Source: Candidatus Latescibacterota bacterium (lineage in GTDB: Bacteria > Latescibacterota > UBA2968 > GCA-2709665). From it: a stretch of DNA of 64,000 nt. Positions 39,602 to 49,460 of the stretch are shown here, in pieces. Position 1 is the first letter of the stretch; each line of letters starts with the position of its first letter. The notes under the pieces were generated by a model, which did not search any database, was not told the origin of the DNA, and saw nothing but the letters and a program-made list of their open reading frames with translations. Location: contig OZ252100.1 of NCBI GenBank assembly GCA_965248435.1, positions 4,544,001 to 4,608,000 on the forward strand. The letters are read 5' to 3'. Made by a program: the position numbers and the translations under genes.

Positions 39602-40123
39602 ATGCTGATGCAGAACGAAATCGTCGGATCGTTCCGACGACTGTTCGCCTTGATCATCGATGGCGTGATGCTTTCTCTGGCATCTATCCCGATTTGGCTT
39701 ACAATTCGAGAGATGACGCCATCGCCGATGTTGGATTCGGTGATCCTCTACTTCACTGCACTTCTTTATTCCACCATCTTCTTGAGTAAACGGGGACAAA
39801 CGCCCGGAAAGATTATGACTACGCTGCGCATCATGAGCGCTGACGGTGGTGTCGTCACCCAACGACAGGCCTTCCTGAGATCTCTTGTAAAGTGGACCCC
39901 TATCTTCGGGATCCTGTTCCTTCTCGCGGCCCTAACACCTGCCACTCCGGTCCCGGACCCATCACCCATCGGACCAGACGGCCCCCCGTCTTCTTCGGCG
40001 GGGGTCGTCTTCCTTCTCGGCCTGGCCCTGGCCGTTGTCTTGGTGATAATCACCCGAATACATCCGGACCGTCAGGCACTCCACGACCGGATCGCAGATA
40101 CGCTCGTGATCCGACTTTCATGA
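39602..40123 (+). CDS. RDD family membrane protein
   Basis: RRLFALIID, GQTPGK, RQALHDRIADTLVI. Confidence 0.9.
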   Translation: MLMQNEIVGSFRRLFALIIDGVMLSLASIPIWLTIREMTPSPMLDSVILYFTALLYSTIFLSKRGQTPGKIMTTLRIMSADGGVVTQRQAFLRSLVKWTPIFGILFLLAALTPATPVPDPSPIGPDGPPSSSAGVVFLLGLALAVVLVIITRIHPDRQALHDRIADTLVIRLS

Positions 40124-40131
40124 CCAGGTCG

Positions 40132-42540
40132 TTAGCGGGATGCGATCTTGAACTGGGCATCTCGAGTCGTTTCCAGACCGTTGTTCAGGTCTTTGATCCC
40201 CACTCGAAGCGTGTAACGTCCGGGCTTGGCCACGTCCAGATCCATCTCGACGTAGTCGAAGACGGAGGTCTCGGTGCCTGTCTGCTCGTATCTCACCTCG
40301 ATCGCACGGCCATCCTTCTTTTTCAGCTTTGGAAGGAAGGGGATGATGGATCCGCCGACATCCCTGGCCTCCACCTCGTATGAAACCTCGTAGCGAGTGG
40401 ACCCAAAGTCGTCACGTGTGAGGTTGTAGAGTTCGAAGTAGACGAAGATTGGGTCGTGAGTGTAGAAGACGCGGGATGGCGCCGGGAGGATCTTCCACGA
40501 ACCTCTCACGAACGTGGAATCTGAACCCGTACGGGCTTCCAGAATCCTTTGCGAAAGCTGCAGATCGCTGAGCATCAGCCTGTCGCGGGAATAGTCGGGC
40601 AGGTCTATTGGCATCCTGTAGACCTGCAGCAAGTCGGTCTCTCGCCGAAAGGCCTGGACGGCCAACTCATAGTGGCCCGGCCTGGTTTGAAGGTTCACCA
40701 GATCCATGGCCATGTGGTCGCCCCTCCGGGTCCTGCCCGATATGGGGACCAGAATGTCCCTGACCGTCCTATGGTGTTCATTCCAGCTACGGTCGAGGAG
40801 AACGACCCGCTGCTGTACGACTACGGTCGTATCGACGTCTCCGGTGAGGGCCACATTCTTGATCGGTAGCCCGATCACGACCTGCAGTTCGGTCTTGCCA
40901 TCTTGACCCCTGAAGGAGAGGGCGTCGAAGTAGAAATCAAGTCCCTTAAGGTTAACCTGGGGGCGGTAAAGCTCCGGTTCCGTACCGGCGAGCGCCGCCA
41001 TCTTCACCGCCGGGGCGGCCGCGCCGAATCGCTGGATGACAGACAGCGGGGAAAGGCCCTGACCCTCCAATTCTGCGAGGTCCCTGGGGGACAGGTTCGG
41101 GATCGGGGCGAATCCGTACGAATCGGAGTGGTACTCGTCCGTAAAGACGACTTCCAGCCCTCTTTCCACATTTTTGTAGATCCAGACCTCCCAGGGGACG
41201 GCGGACCAGTCGTCGGATGTCGTCACCGGACGCCATCCCGGCAATCCCATGGTCGTCTCGGGGGCCCTTGCGGCGCCCCTGTCGGCCCGAACCGGGAAGA
41301 TGGGCCCGGCGAAGTTGGCCTCTATGGACGGGTCGCCATAGAGCCTGTGAGCCAGCTGCTCCTGAACGCGCTGGACATCGAGTGGGACGTTGGGATTCGG
41401 CTGACGTGAATTGGATTTGTAGTCAGGCTCTCCGTAGCGGATGTAGGTCTCACCACGTTTGTCCCAGGGCCATTTTTTCTTCCCGAAGCGGGTCCGTGCG
41501 TGCCAGACGCGTCGGTAATGCTCTGTGCGGCGCGCCGCTCCTCCGTATGTTTTGAACGGATCTTTACCCATCCAGAAACGGTTCAGGAAGGCCGCCATGC
41601 CTTCAGATGGCGTCCTTCGGTAGAGACGAATTTCGCGCTTTGTCCCGACGAGAGAGATGTCCCGGTAGAGTGACGCCTCCTCGGGATCGAGCGCGGAAAT
41701 GAACGTCTCAAACTTTTCGAGCGCGCCTTCGTAATCCTTCCTTTGAAGCAAGGCCAGAGCGACAAGGGGCAGCGCCCGGACCTCCTGAAGGCGCAAGGCG
41801 ATCTCCGTGAACGCGGCGGACTGACCCCTTTCTAGGAGTTCGAGTGCAAACTCATAGGCCGAATCCTGGTCGTCTGGATTTTGATCCAGATATCGCTTGT
41901 AGTAGATCTCTGACGCACGGAAATTCTCCTCTTTCCTGTATATTTGCGCCAGCAGCAAGTAGGGTAGGGCATAGTCGGGGTTGTGGGTTATTGCCCTGCT
42001 GGCTGACTGTCTCGCACTCGTCATTTTTCCCATTTTGAAGTAGGCCCTGGCCAGCCCGAAGTGCGCCTCCTCGAAGGTGGAATCGAGGGCAACTGCGGTT
42101 TGCAGAGCCTCCAGTGATTCCTTCGGACGATCTCTGAAATCCAGAAGGACCCTGCCCAGGCCATAATGGACAGCCGGGAGGTCGGGATTCAGGTTCAGGG
42201 CGAGATGGAAGGCGACTTCCGCGCTGTCGGGTTCCTCCAACTCCAGATAAAGAAGACCCAGACGCGTAGCCAGGCCTACCACGTCAGGAGCCTCCGCGAC
42301 GGCCGCCTGGAGTTTGTTCACCACTTGGCGGACGGTTGCTTCGTCCGATGTCATTCGGGCACGCAGGTAGAGTGAGTCGATCGCCGCACGGTCGAGCGTT
42401 TGAGCCCGAACGCCCAGACCGGTCACGGTGATGATCCCGATACTGACGATTCCAGCTAGTTTGCTTAGTGCCGACCTGTCCGATAAGGGCATAAGATCTC
42501 CTGTCACTCCTTCTACGCAGGACCGTCCGTTTTGTTTCAT
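40132..42540 (-). CDS. TPR-repeat GWxTD-domain exported protein
   Basis: Signal-like N-terminus, TPRs, FW..KDP...EHYRR......F....WDKRGETYIRYGEPD, EVWIY; start uncertain. Confidence 0.82.
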   Translation of the reverse strand: MKQNGRSCVEGVTGDLMPLSDRSALSKLAGIVSIGIITVTGLGVRAQTLDRAAIDSLYLRARMTSDEATVRQVVNKLQAAVAEAPDVVGLATRLGLLYLELEEPDSAEVAFHLALNLNPDLPAVHYGLGRVLLDFRDRPKESLEALQTAVALDSTFEEAHFGLARAYFKMGKMTSARQSASRAITHNPDYALPYLLLAQIYRKEENFRASEIYYKRYLDQNPDDQDSAYEFALELLERGQSAAFTEIALRLQEVRALPLVALALLQRKDYEGALEKFETFISALDPEEASLYRDISLVGTKREIRLYRRTPSEGMAAFLNRFWMGKDPFKTYGGAARRTEHYRRVWHARTRFGKKKWPWDKRGETYIRYGEPDYKSNSRQPNPNVPLDVQRVQEQLAHRLYGDPSIEANFAGPIFPVRADRGAARAPETTMGLPGWRPVTTSDDWSAVPWEVWIYKNVERGLEVVFTDEYHSDSYGFAPIPNLSPRDLAELEGQGLSPLSVIQRFGAAAPAVKMAALAGTEPELYRPQVNLKGLDFYFDALSFRGQDGKTELQVVIGLPIKNVALTGDVDTTVVVQQRVVLLDRSWNEHHRTVRDILVPISGRTRRGDHMAMDLVNLQTRPGHYELAVQAFRRETDLLQVYRMPIDLPDYSRDRLMLSDLQLSQRILEARTGSDSTFVRGSWKILPAPSRVFYTHDPIFVYFELYNLTRDDFGSTRYEVSYEVEARDVGGSIIPFLPKLKKKDGRAIEVRYEQTGTETSVFDYVEMDLDVAKPGRYTLRVGIKDLNNGLETTRDAQFKIASR

Positions 42541-42759
42541 GGATGGTGTTTAATGCTCCGACGATCAGACGTCTAATATAGCTAAAATCTTGTTGTGGAG
42601 GGGACCGGCGTATCTTCGGCAGCGGGATCCATCTGACGATCTATCCGGGCCGAACGGATTCCGCAGCCCGAGTGTGAGCTGTTCTTGAGCGCAGGGGAAT
42701 AAGGAATCTTGTTCAGGGTGACTAAGCTTGCGGAAACCTGGAAGATACGGCGTTTCTTC

Positions 42760-42788
42760 TTGACTTGGAATTGGGCATGCCTTATTTT
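42760..42788 (+). promoter_or_regulatory. Sigma70 promoter for the PTS IIA gene
   Basis: TTGACT-17nt-TATTTT, the same pattern as the topA promoter. Confidence 0.55.
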
Positions 42789-42886
42789 CGCATTCATAAC
42801 AGATTGGCTTCCATAAGCTTAAGGGATACAGTGATCCATTGCGTGTAGAGTCGGGCGGAACGACGCAGGGGAATTTGGAGTCAAGT

Positions 42887-43348
42887 ATGACACTGATGGA
42901 AATCTTGTCAGGCAATTCCGTTATCGTGGACCTCAAAGGGGAAACGAAAGAAGAGGTCCTCGAAGAACTCGTCGAGGCTGTAGACGATAGCAGAATCGCT
43001 GATCGCCAGAAGGTTTTGGAAGCGGTGCTGCAGCGCGAGGAAATCATGAGTACGGGAATCGGTCACGGGATCGCGATTCCACACGGAAAATCGGATTACG
43101 TAAAGGAACTCGGCGGCGTCCTCGGTATTAAGCCGAACGGGATCGACTTCGACTCGCTGGATGGGAAAGATACCTACATCTTTTTCCTCCTCGTTTCACC
43201 AATGGGCGTTTCCGGACCCCATATCAAGGCGCTGGCAAGGATATCCCGTCTCCTTAAGCGAGAGTCGTTCCGGCAGGAATTGATTTCGGCCAAAGATTCT
43301 GAGTCCGCTTTAACGATCATCGAAGAGGAAGAAAAGCAACAGGCTTGA
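42887..43348 (+). CDS. PTS EIIA (Ntr/Fru family)
   Basis: RE..MSTGIGHGIAIPHG (phospho-His), IDFDSLDG, HIKALARISRL. Confidence 0.92.
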   Translation: MTLMEILSGNSVIVDLKGETKEEVLEELVEAVDDSRIADRQKVLEAVLQREEIMSTGIGHGIAIPHGKSDYVKELGGVLGIKPNGIDFDSLDGKDTYIFFLLVSPMGVSGPHIKALARISRLLKRESFRQELISAKDSESALTIIEEEEKQQA

Positions 43349-43378
43349 AAGCGAGTTCAGAATCTACGAGTGGCCATT

Positions 43379-43410
43379 GCTTGCTTGCGTTCTTGAAGCA
43401 GGCTTTTTTT
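43379..43410 (+). terminator. Intrinsic terminator
   Basis: GCTTGCTT...AAGCAGGC-TTTTTTT. Confidence 0.7.
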
Positions 43411-43419
43411 ATTCGAAAG

Positions 43420-43530
43420 CGGAGTGTTGGGGGAATGGAGTAATGGAGCAATGGAGTAATGGAGCAATGGAGTAATGGAGCAATGGCATGGTTTGCAATA
43501 CTCCAAAACTCCAGCACTGCAATACTCCAG
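43420..43530. repeat. Octamer tandem array with inverted degenerate arm
   Basis: Six AATGGAG(T/C) copies at 43434-43481 with alternating last base, then ACTCCA-type complements at ~43497-43530. Confidence 0.85.
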
Positions 43531-43597
43531 AATCAGGGAACTGCTCGCGTAACAATAGTGGAACGGTATAGCGAATTAGATTTCTAAGGGCATAACC

Positions 43598-45679
43598 TTG
43601 TTCGGACTGAGCTTTTCCAACCCGGCGATGTTGCACGCTCTCTGGGCGGCGGCGCTGCCCCTTGTCATTCACCTCCTCAACCGAAAGCGTCCGGTAACGA
43701 TAAAGTTCAGCAACGTGAGGCTCCTGGAGGAGCTTCAACAGGACCGCATGCGTCGGGTCAAACTGAAGCAGTATCTCCTTCTCGTCGTACGCACGCTGTT
43801 GATCGCCCTGATTGTGCTCTCCTTCGCAAGACCCACCCTCCGAGGCACATATCATGTAGGAGCCGATGGGCAACAAACCGCTGGGGCGCTGTTGCTGGAC
43901 CGGTCTCTAAGCATGAGGCATCGATCGGGAGACACAAGCCTGTTCGAACGCGCGCGTAAGCGGCTGCTGGCTTCCCTCGACCTGTTCGACGCGAGGGACG
44001 ATGTTTCCCTGTTCCTTGTGGATGACCGGCAGGTCGTCCTTCCTTCGGAGGATCGGGGGCGATTGAGGACCCGCGTTATGGCTACCCAGCCCTCGTTCAG
44101 GGGAACGGATTTGAGGCCGGGGATCGAGGCTGCTTCTGAATACCTCAACGGTTCGAAACTCCTCAATAAGGAACTCTACATTTTTACCGATCTGGCCCGG
44201 AATGGATGGACCAGCCTCCCCGACAGCCTAGTGGGCCTTCAGGGCACCTCGGTCTTTATCGTGGCCGAGCGCGCACCAGAATTGAACAACGTGGGCATTC
44301 GAGGGGCCGCGGTCGCCGGCCAGATCCTGAGTCCGGGAACCCCCGGGCGTCTGAATGTAGACCTCGTCAATTATGGCCGAACGCCCCGAACCGATATCCC
44401 GGTGGACGTGTTCCTCGGGAGGCGTCGGATCTCCCAGGAGGTGGTGAACCTTCCAGAGAGGGGTTCGGCGCGGGTTCGCGTCCAGTTCACTCCCGAGAGG
44501 TCGGGGGCGATCCCTGTGCGTGTCGAAATCTGGGACGATGATCTGACGGAAGACAGCGCCCTCACTACAATCTTTCGTGTCGCGGGAGATATCAGCGTTT
44601 TGCTCGTGGGAGAAGCGCCGGAAGAGACCTACTACCTGGAGCAGGCCCTGTCCGCAGGTTCCGCGCTGCGAGCCGGTATGGCGGTAAGGACGGTTTCACC
44701 CGAGGCGCTTTCGAAAGCCACGCTCGGCGGCGCCGACGTTATCCTGCTCTGCAACGTCTCTTCGATCTCCCGTGAGCGTGTGGATCTGTTGCGGAGCAGG
44801 GTAGAAGAAGGGGCCGGGCTGATGGTGATCCTGGGGGATCGCGCCGACTTTCGATTCTACAACGATTATCTGTTTCCTCAGCTATTACCGGCCTCTCTGG
44901 TTTCAATCTCCGGGACACCGGGCGATACCGGGCACTACGAGCTCGCAAAACCTCCAGAAGGGGATCACCCACTGTTCCAGGGGCTTGTTGAGAAGGAGGA
45001 GTTCGTCAGTCCCAAGTTCTATACCTATTGTCGTGTCCTCCTGAATGACGACGTCCGGCCTATACTGTCGTTCACCGGCGGTGCCCCGGCCCTGGCTGAG
45101 AGGCGGTTGGGCGATGGACGGGTGTTGATGCTCGCTTCCAGCCTCAAGGCGGATCTGAGCTGGACAGACCTCCCACTCTCCGGCCTTTTTGCACCGTTTG
45201 CTTATCGGTTGTCTCGTTACCTTGCAGCAGGCGCGTTGGGGACGACCGAATACATCGTCGGGCAGTCGGTCGCGCGAGAGGCGAAGGGTCCGCCGGCGAG
45301 GACCGCCACGCTTCGGCCTCCGAACGGGGAGGAGCGGACCATCTGGCCTGAACTTCGAGGCGGCCGCATCGTCTGGCCGCTGGGGGAGGTGGAAGAACCC
45401 GGTCTTTGGGAAATCTACAGGGACGAGGATCTAATCGACCGATTCGCGGTCAAGATCGTGTCGGAGGAGCCAGATTTGACGCCGCTTTCGCCCTCACGAC
45501 TCGAACGCCTTTTTCAGGAAGGCCAGGTCAGGGTGGTGGAGAGTGACGAAAATCTTGCCGATATCATCCAGGAAACCAGGCAGGGGAGAGAGCTTTGGCG
45601 GATGGCGCTGGGTGGGGCCTTCCTGCTGTTATGCGTGGAGCTGCTGATGTTACGCTCAGAACAGAGGGCCCGCCGATGA
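43598..45679 (+). CDS. BatA-domain membrane protein (vWA-like, Ig-like, GATase-like domains)
   Basis: LPLVIHLLNR...FSNVRLL...LLVVRTL...FARP, LLDRSLSM, IFTD, WTDLP, C-terminal RELW TM helix. Confidence 0.88.
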   Translation: MFGLSFSNPAMLHALWAAALPLVIHLLNRKRPVTIKFSNVRLLEELQQDRMRRVKLKQYLLLVVRTLLIALIVLSFARPTLRGTYHVGADGQQTAGALLLDRSLSMRHRSGDTSLFERARKRLLASLDLFDARDDVSLFLVDDRQVVLPSEDRGRLRTRVMATQPSFRGTDLRPGIEAASEYLNGSKLLNKELYIFTDLARNGWTSLPDSLVGLQGTSVFIVAERAPELNNVGIRGAAVAGQILSPGTPGRLNVDLVNYGRTPRTDIPVDVFLGRRRISQEVVNLPERGSARVRVQFTPERSGAIPVRVEIWDDDLTEDSALTTIFRVAGDISVLLVGEAPEETYYLEQALSAGSALRAGMAVRTVSPEALSKATLGGADVILLCNVSSISRERVDLLRSRVEEGAGLMVILGDRADFRFYNDYLFPQLLPASLVSISGTPGDTGHYELAKPPEGDHPLFQGLVEKEEFVSPKFYTYCRVLLNDDVRPILSFTGGAPALAERRLGDGRVLMLASSLKADLSWTDLPLSGLFAPFAYRLSRYLAAGALGTTEYIVGQSVAREAKGPPARTATLRPPNGEERTIWPELRGGRIVWPLGEVEEPGLWEIYRDEDLIDRFAVKIVSEEPDLTPLSPSRLERLFQEGQVRVVESDENLADIIQETRQGRELWRMALGGAFLLLCVELLMLRSEQRARR

Positions 45680-45769
45680 TTCCCGGGTCCCGCCTTTAGA
45701 TGTGGTCGTACCCCCCGACAAAATATTGATATATCCTATTGATTTAAAAAGACTTTCGACGGCTAACCC

Positions 45770-45798
45770 TTGACTTTTACCAGAGGGGACCTTATTTT
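45770..45798 (+). promoter_or_regulatory. Sigma70 promoter for topA
   Basis: TTGACT-17nt-TATTTT after an AT-rich upstream tract. Confidence 0.6.
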
Positions 45799-45802
45799 TG
45801 GC

Positions 45803-45918
45803 TTGCGGCTTCAGGGAGGCGGTCCGCGCCTGAACCTCAAATGAGCCACGCGAATTGGCTTGTTCTTTTAGGGATTCGAGCCGATTCGGTGGTTACGCTG
45901 GCTAATTCTGGCCCGCAA
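45803..45918 (+). ncRNA. Candidate structured 5' leader RNA of topA
   Basis: Closing stem TTGCGG/CCGCAA; hairpin TTCAGG/CCTGAA; long hairpin AGCCAC-g-CGAATTGGCTTG / CGAGCCGATTCG-GTGGTT with G-U pairs. Confidence 0.45.
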
Positions 45919-45939
45919 CGAACCTCGTTAGGAAGAGAG

Positions 45940-48201
45940 ATGCCCGACGCCCTCGTGGTGGTAGAATCACCCGCAAAAGCGAAGACGATCAACAAGTTCC
46001 TCGGTAAGAATTATCGGGTCCTGGCCTGTATGGGACACGTACGCGACTTACCGACCAAGGAACTTGGCATCGATATCGAAGAGGGGTTTAAACCCCGCTA
46101 TCAGACGATCCGGGGCAAAGGCAAGATTCTAAGCCAGCTTCGGTCCGCCGCCAAGTCTGCAAGCAAGGTCTACCTGGCTACGGACCCCGATCGCGAGGGC
46201 GAGGCGATCGCGTGGCACGTCGCGCACGCGATCGGAAAACATGCAAGCGATATCGGCCGCGTGCAGTTCAACGAGATCACCGAACGTGCCGTCCTCGAAG
46301 CCTTCGAACACTCAGCAGAGATCGACCTGCGTAAAGTGAACGCGCAGCAGGCGCGCAGAGTTCTGGATCGCCTCGTCGGCTACAAGGTCAGTCCCGTGCT
46401 TTGGAAGACCATTCGCTCTGGACTGAGTGCGGGCCGGGTGCAATCGGTTGCGCTGCGGCTGATTTGCGAACGCGAGGAGGAGATCAAGGCATTCGTCGCT
46501 GAAGAATACTGGACCGTAGACACGAAACTTCAGGGGTCGGAGGGCGATCCCTTCAAGGCCGGTCTGATTCGCATCAAGGGGGAGAAGCTCAAGGTTGGGA
46601 ACGGGGAGGAGGCAGAGCGGATTGTGGCCGAGCTCAAGGAGCTTGGCCGCGCAGACGGTTATCGAATCACCAAGGTCACGAAGCGGGAACAACGACGCAA
46701 TCCGTCGCCGCCATTTATTACGAGCACGCTCCAGCAGGAGGCGTCACGGCGTCTCAGGTTTACGGCTCGGAAGACCATGATGATCGCTCAGCAGCTCTAC
46801 GAGGGCATCGACCTGGATGGCGAAAGTACGGGCCTAATCACCTACATGCGTACTGATTCAACCCGGATGGCCCCCGAGGCCGTAGCGGCAGCGCGAACAT
46901 ACATTCGAGAACGGTTCGGTGCGGATTATGTGCCCGAAAGACCGAAGGCCTATCGAACCAAGAAGGGCGCGCAGGATGCTCACGAGGCCATTCGCCCCAC
47001 TGCCCTCAACCACACGCCTGACTCGATCAAGGTGCATCTGACGTCTGACCAGGCCAGGCTTTATCGGCTGATCTGGGATCGGTTCATCGCCTGCCAGATG
47101 AAGCCCGCAGTCTACGACCAGACCCGAGTCGACATTACAGCCGGGGAGTTCGAACTCAGGGCCACGGGATCCGTGCTCAAGTTCGCAGGATTTACAGCTC
47201 TCTATATCGAAGGGAAGGATGATGAAGAGGAGGATGGTGAAGCGCGGCTTCCCGCCAGTTTGAAGGATGGCGACTTGCTGAAGTTCCTCGATATCATCAC
47301 GGAGCAGCACTTCACCAAACCTCCGCCGCGTTACTCAGAGGCGACGCTCGTCAAAGAACTGGAGTCCCAAGCGATCGGGCGGCCCAGCACCTACGCGCAG
47401 ATTATCAGCACTATTCAGGATCGTGATTACGTAGTGAGAGATCGGGGCCGATTCACCCCCACGGAACTTGGGAGCACCGTGAACCGGATTCTTGTACAGG
47501 CATTTCCTGACCTTTTCAATGTCGCCTTCACCGCCCGCATGGAGGATGATCTGGATCGTGTGGAGCGAGGCGGATCGGAATGGGTAGATGTGATCGAGGA
47601 GTTCTACCGGCCTTTCTCGAAAGACCTGGATCGTGTTGAGAGTCAGCGTGCGGAGCTCAAACGCTCCCTCCAGGAGGATACGGGGGAACTTTGTGAGAAG
47701 TGCGGAGAAAAGTTGGTGATCAAGTGGGGCCGAAACGGGAAGTTCGTGGCCTGCACTGGATTTCCCGAATGCCGGAACACGCGACCCCTGGATGAAGAGC
47801 AAGCTCTGGCACCGAGCGGAGAAAAGTGTGAAAAATGTGGCTCGGACATGGTCGTCAGGAGTGGCCGCCACGGACGATTCCTCGCCTGTTCCGCCTATCC
47901 TGACTGCAAGAATACGCGGGCGCTGACTCTGGGCATCCCCTGCCCTCGCAATGATTGTGAAGGTCAAATCGTCGAGCGGGTGAGCAAGCGTCGAAAGACC
48001 TTTTATGGTTGCGAAACGTTTCCGAAGTGTGATTTTGCGACATGGGACCGGCCCCTGAAGCAGGACTGCCCCGTTTGTGGGGGCCCTTACCTGGCTGAGC
48101 GCAGCAGTCGCCGCAGCCAGAATCAAGATCCCACCCTGGCCTGCCTGAAGTGTGGGCATTCGGTTCCACAGGAAGCGGTATCGGAAGATGTGGCTTCCTG
48201 A
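45940..48201 (+). CDS. topA: DNA topoisomerase I
   Basis: LVVVESPAKAKTI, ATDPDREGE, SAGRVQS, ITYMRTDS, AQDAHEAIRPT, C-terminal C4 zinc ribbons. Confidence 0.97.
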   Translation: MPDALVVVESPAKAKTINKFLGKNYRVLACMGHVRDLPTKELGIDIEEGFKPRYQTIRGKGKILSQLRSAAKSASKVYLATDPDREGEAIAWHVAHAIGKHASDIGRVQFNEITERAVLEAFEHSAEIDLRKVNAQQARRVLDRLVGYKVSPVLWKTIRSGLSAGRVQSVALRLICEREEEIKAFVAEEYWTVDTKLQGSEGDPFKAGLIRIKGEKLKVGNGEEAERIVAELKELGRADGYRITKVTKREQRRNPSPPFITSTLQQEASRRLRFTARKTMMIAQQLYEGIDLDGESTGLITYMRTDSTRMAPEAVAAARTYIRERFGADYVPERPKAYRTKKGAQDAHEAIRPTALNHTPDSIKVHLTSDQARLYRLIWDRFIACQMKPAVYDQTRVDITAGEFELRATGSVLKFAGFTALYIEGKDDEEEDGEARLPASLKDGDLLKFLDIITEQHFTKPPPRYSEATLVKELESQAIGRPSTYAQIISTIQDRDYVVRDRGRFTPTELGSTVNRILVQAFPDLFNVAFTARMEDDLDRVERGGSEWVDVIEEFYRPFSKDLDRVESQRAELKRSLQEDTGELCEKCGEKLVIKWGRNGKFVACTGFPECRNTRPLDEEQALAPSGEKCEKCGSDMVVRSGRHGRFLACSAYPDCKNTRALTLGIPCPRNDCEGQIVERVSKRRKTFYGCETFPKCDFATWDRPLKQDCPVCGGPYLAERSSRRSQNQDPTLACLKCGHSVPQEAVSEDVAS

Positions 48202-48321
48202 ATGAGGCACGACTCCCCGGTCGGTCTCCACGATTAGCGCTCCTCCCACCAGAACCTTTCTTCCCTGAGCCTACCCAGCCCCGAGGTCCACTGTGCCGAG
48301 GGGTCACAGGTTAGCATTCGA

Positions 48322-49221
48322 TTGAACTCCGTCGCCCTATTCATCAGGCATCTCTCACGCGAGCGGCGCCTTTCGCCCAACACCTGCCAGGCCTACGAAA
48401 AGGACCTGATGCAGTTTGAAACGTTTGTGAGAGATGAAGTGGATGGGGACGCGGACCTTCATCGACTGACCCGGGATGACGTCCGGGCCTTTCTGGGCCA
48501 CTTGAGCCGGGCCGGATTCAGCCGAAGATCTATTGCAAGAAAACTGGCTTCTCTGCGCACCTTCCTTTCTTTTCTCTGCCGCACCGGGCGAATCGATCGA
48601 AATCCAGCACTTCAGGTGAGTCCACCCAAGCAAGAAGGGAAGCTTCCTGAACATTTGAATGTTTCAGAAGCGAAAAGGGCTGTGGAGACACCTCCCGGGG
48701 ACACGCTCCTTGGGCTTCGGGATCGAGCCATTCTGGAGCTGTTGTATGGATCGGGGATTCGCCTACGTGAACTGACCGGCCTGACCGTGGACCGTATCGA
48801 ACTGGACGGAGGGGTGGTTCGGGTGCTCGGAAAGGGAAATAAGGAGCGAGTGGTACCGATCGGAAGAAGCGCAAAGCAGGCCCTCCAAAGCTATCTGAAC
48901 AGACGAAAGGAACTGATTGCATCCGATATCCCGGAGGAAGATCGCCGGTGTGTGTTCCTGAATCGCTCGGGGCGTCCCTTGAGCGCCAGCGGAGTCCAGC
49001 ACCGGGTGAGGCGATTCCTCGCTGAGGCCACCGGGGGTCGGAGACTTGGCCCGCACACGCTCAGACACACCTTTGCCACGCACCTCCTCGATGCCGGCGC
49101 GGATCTGAATGCGGTGAAGGAGATGCTCGGGCACGTAAGCCTCTCCACGACTCAGATCTACACACACGTGAGCGTGGAGCGGCTGAAGAAGGCCTATCGC
49201 CAGGCACATCCAAGAGCCTGA
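48322..49221 (+). CDS. xerC: Tyrosine recombinase XerC
   Basis: RDRAILELLYGSGIR, GKGNKER, HTLRHTFATHLL, LGH..LSTTQIYTH, YRQAHPRA; follows topA. Confidence 0.88.
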   Translation: MNSVALFIRHLSRERRLSPNTCQAYEKDLMQFETFVRDEVDGDADLHRLTRDDVRAFLGHLSRAGFSRRSIARKLASLRTFLSFLCRTGRIDRNPALQVSPPKQEGKLPEHLNVSEAKRAVETPPGDTLLGLRDRAILELLYGSGIRLRELTGLTVDRIELDGGVVRVLGKGNKERVVPIGRSAKQALQSYLNRRKELIASDIPEEDRRCVFLNRSGRPLSASGVQHRVRRFLAEATGGRRLGPHTLRHTFATHLLDAGADLNAVKEMLGHVSLSTTQIYTHVSVERLKKAYRQAHPRA

Positions 49222-49223
49222 AG

Positions 49224-49460
49224 CCGTGGCTCGTGGAGCGTCGTTCGAAAAGTAAACCTCACCGCAGAGGCGCAGAGTTCGTGGAGAAAACCAGGTACCG
49301 GAGAGATTACGGATTTTGGTTCGGGGATTGCAAAGGTCGTATCTCGTGAATCGTTGTCATGTGAAATCGGGGACTTGATCCATCGATTTTGAGTAAATTC
49401 TAACCAAGCGATAGCCGAGGTTATGAGCCTCGAGATAAGAGATGCCAGATACGAGATGCG
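49224..49460. repeat. Mixed heptamer/nonamer intergenic repeats
   Basis: CGTGGCT/CGTCGTT units, CGCAGAGG(C) units, and CGTATCTCG facing CGAGATA units. Confidence 0.55.

Noticed and set aside
42609-42749. 9-bp inverted repeat CGTATCTTC/GAAGATACG as an element or ncRNA
   Set aside because: Short, with no convincing internal structure or target duplication; could be chance.
43420-43530. CRISPR array
   Set aside because: 8-bp tandem units without unique spacers, and no cas genes.
48322-49221. Phage or island integrase
   Set aside because: Size, the HPRA C-terminus and the position after topA fit housekeeping XerC; no att site or cargo seen.
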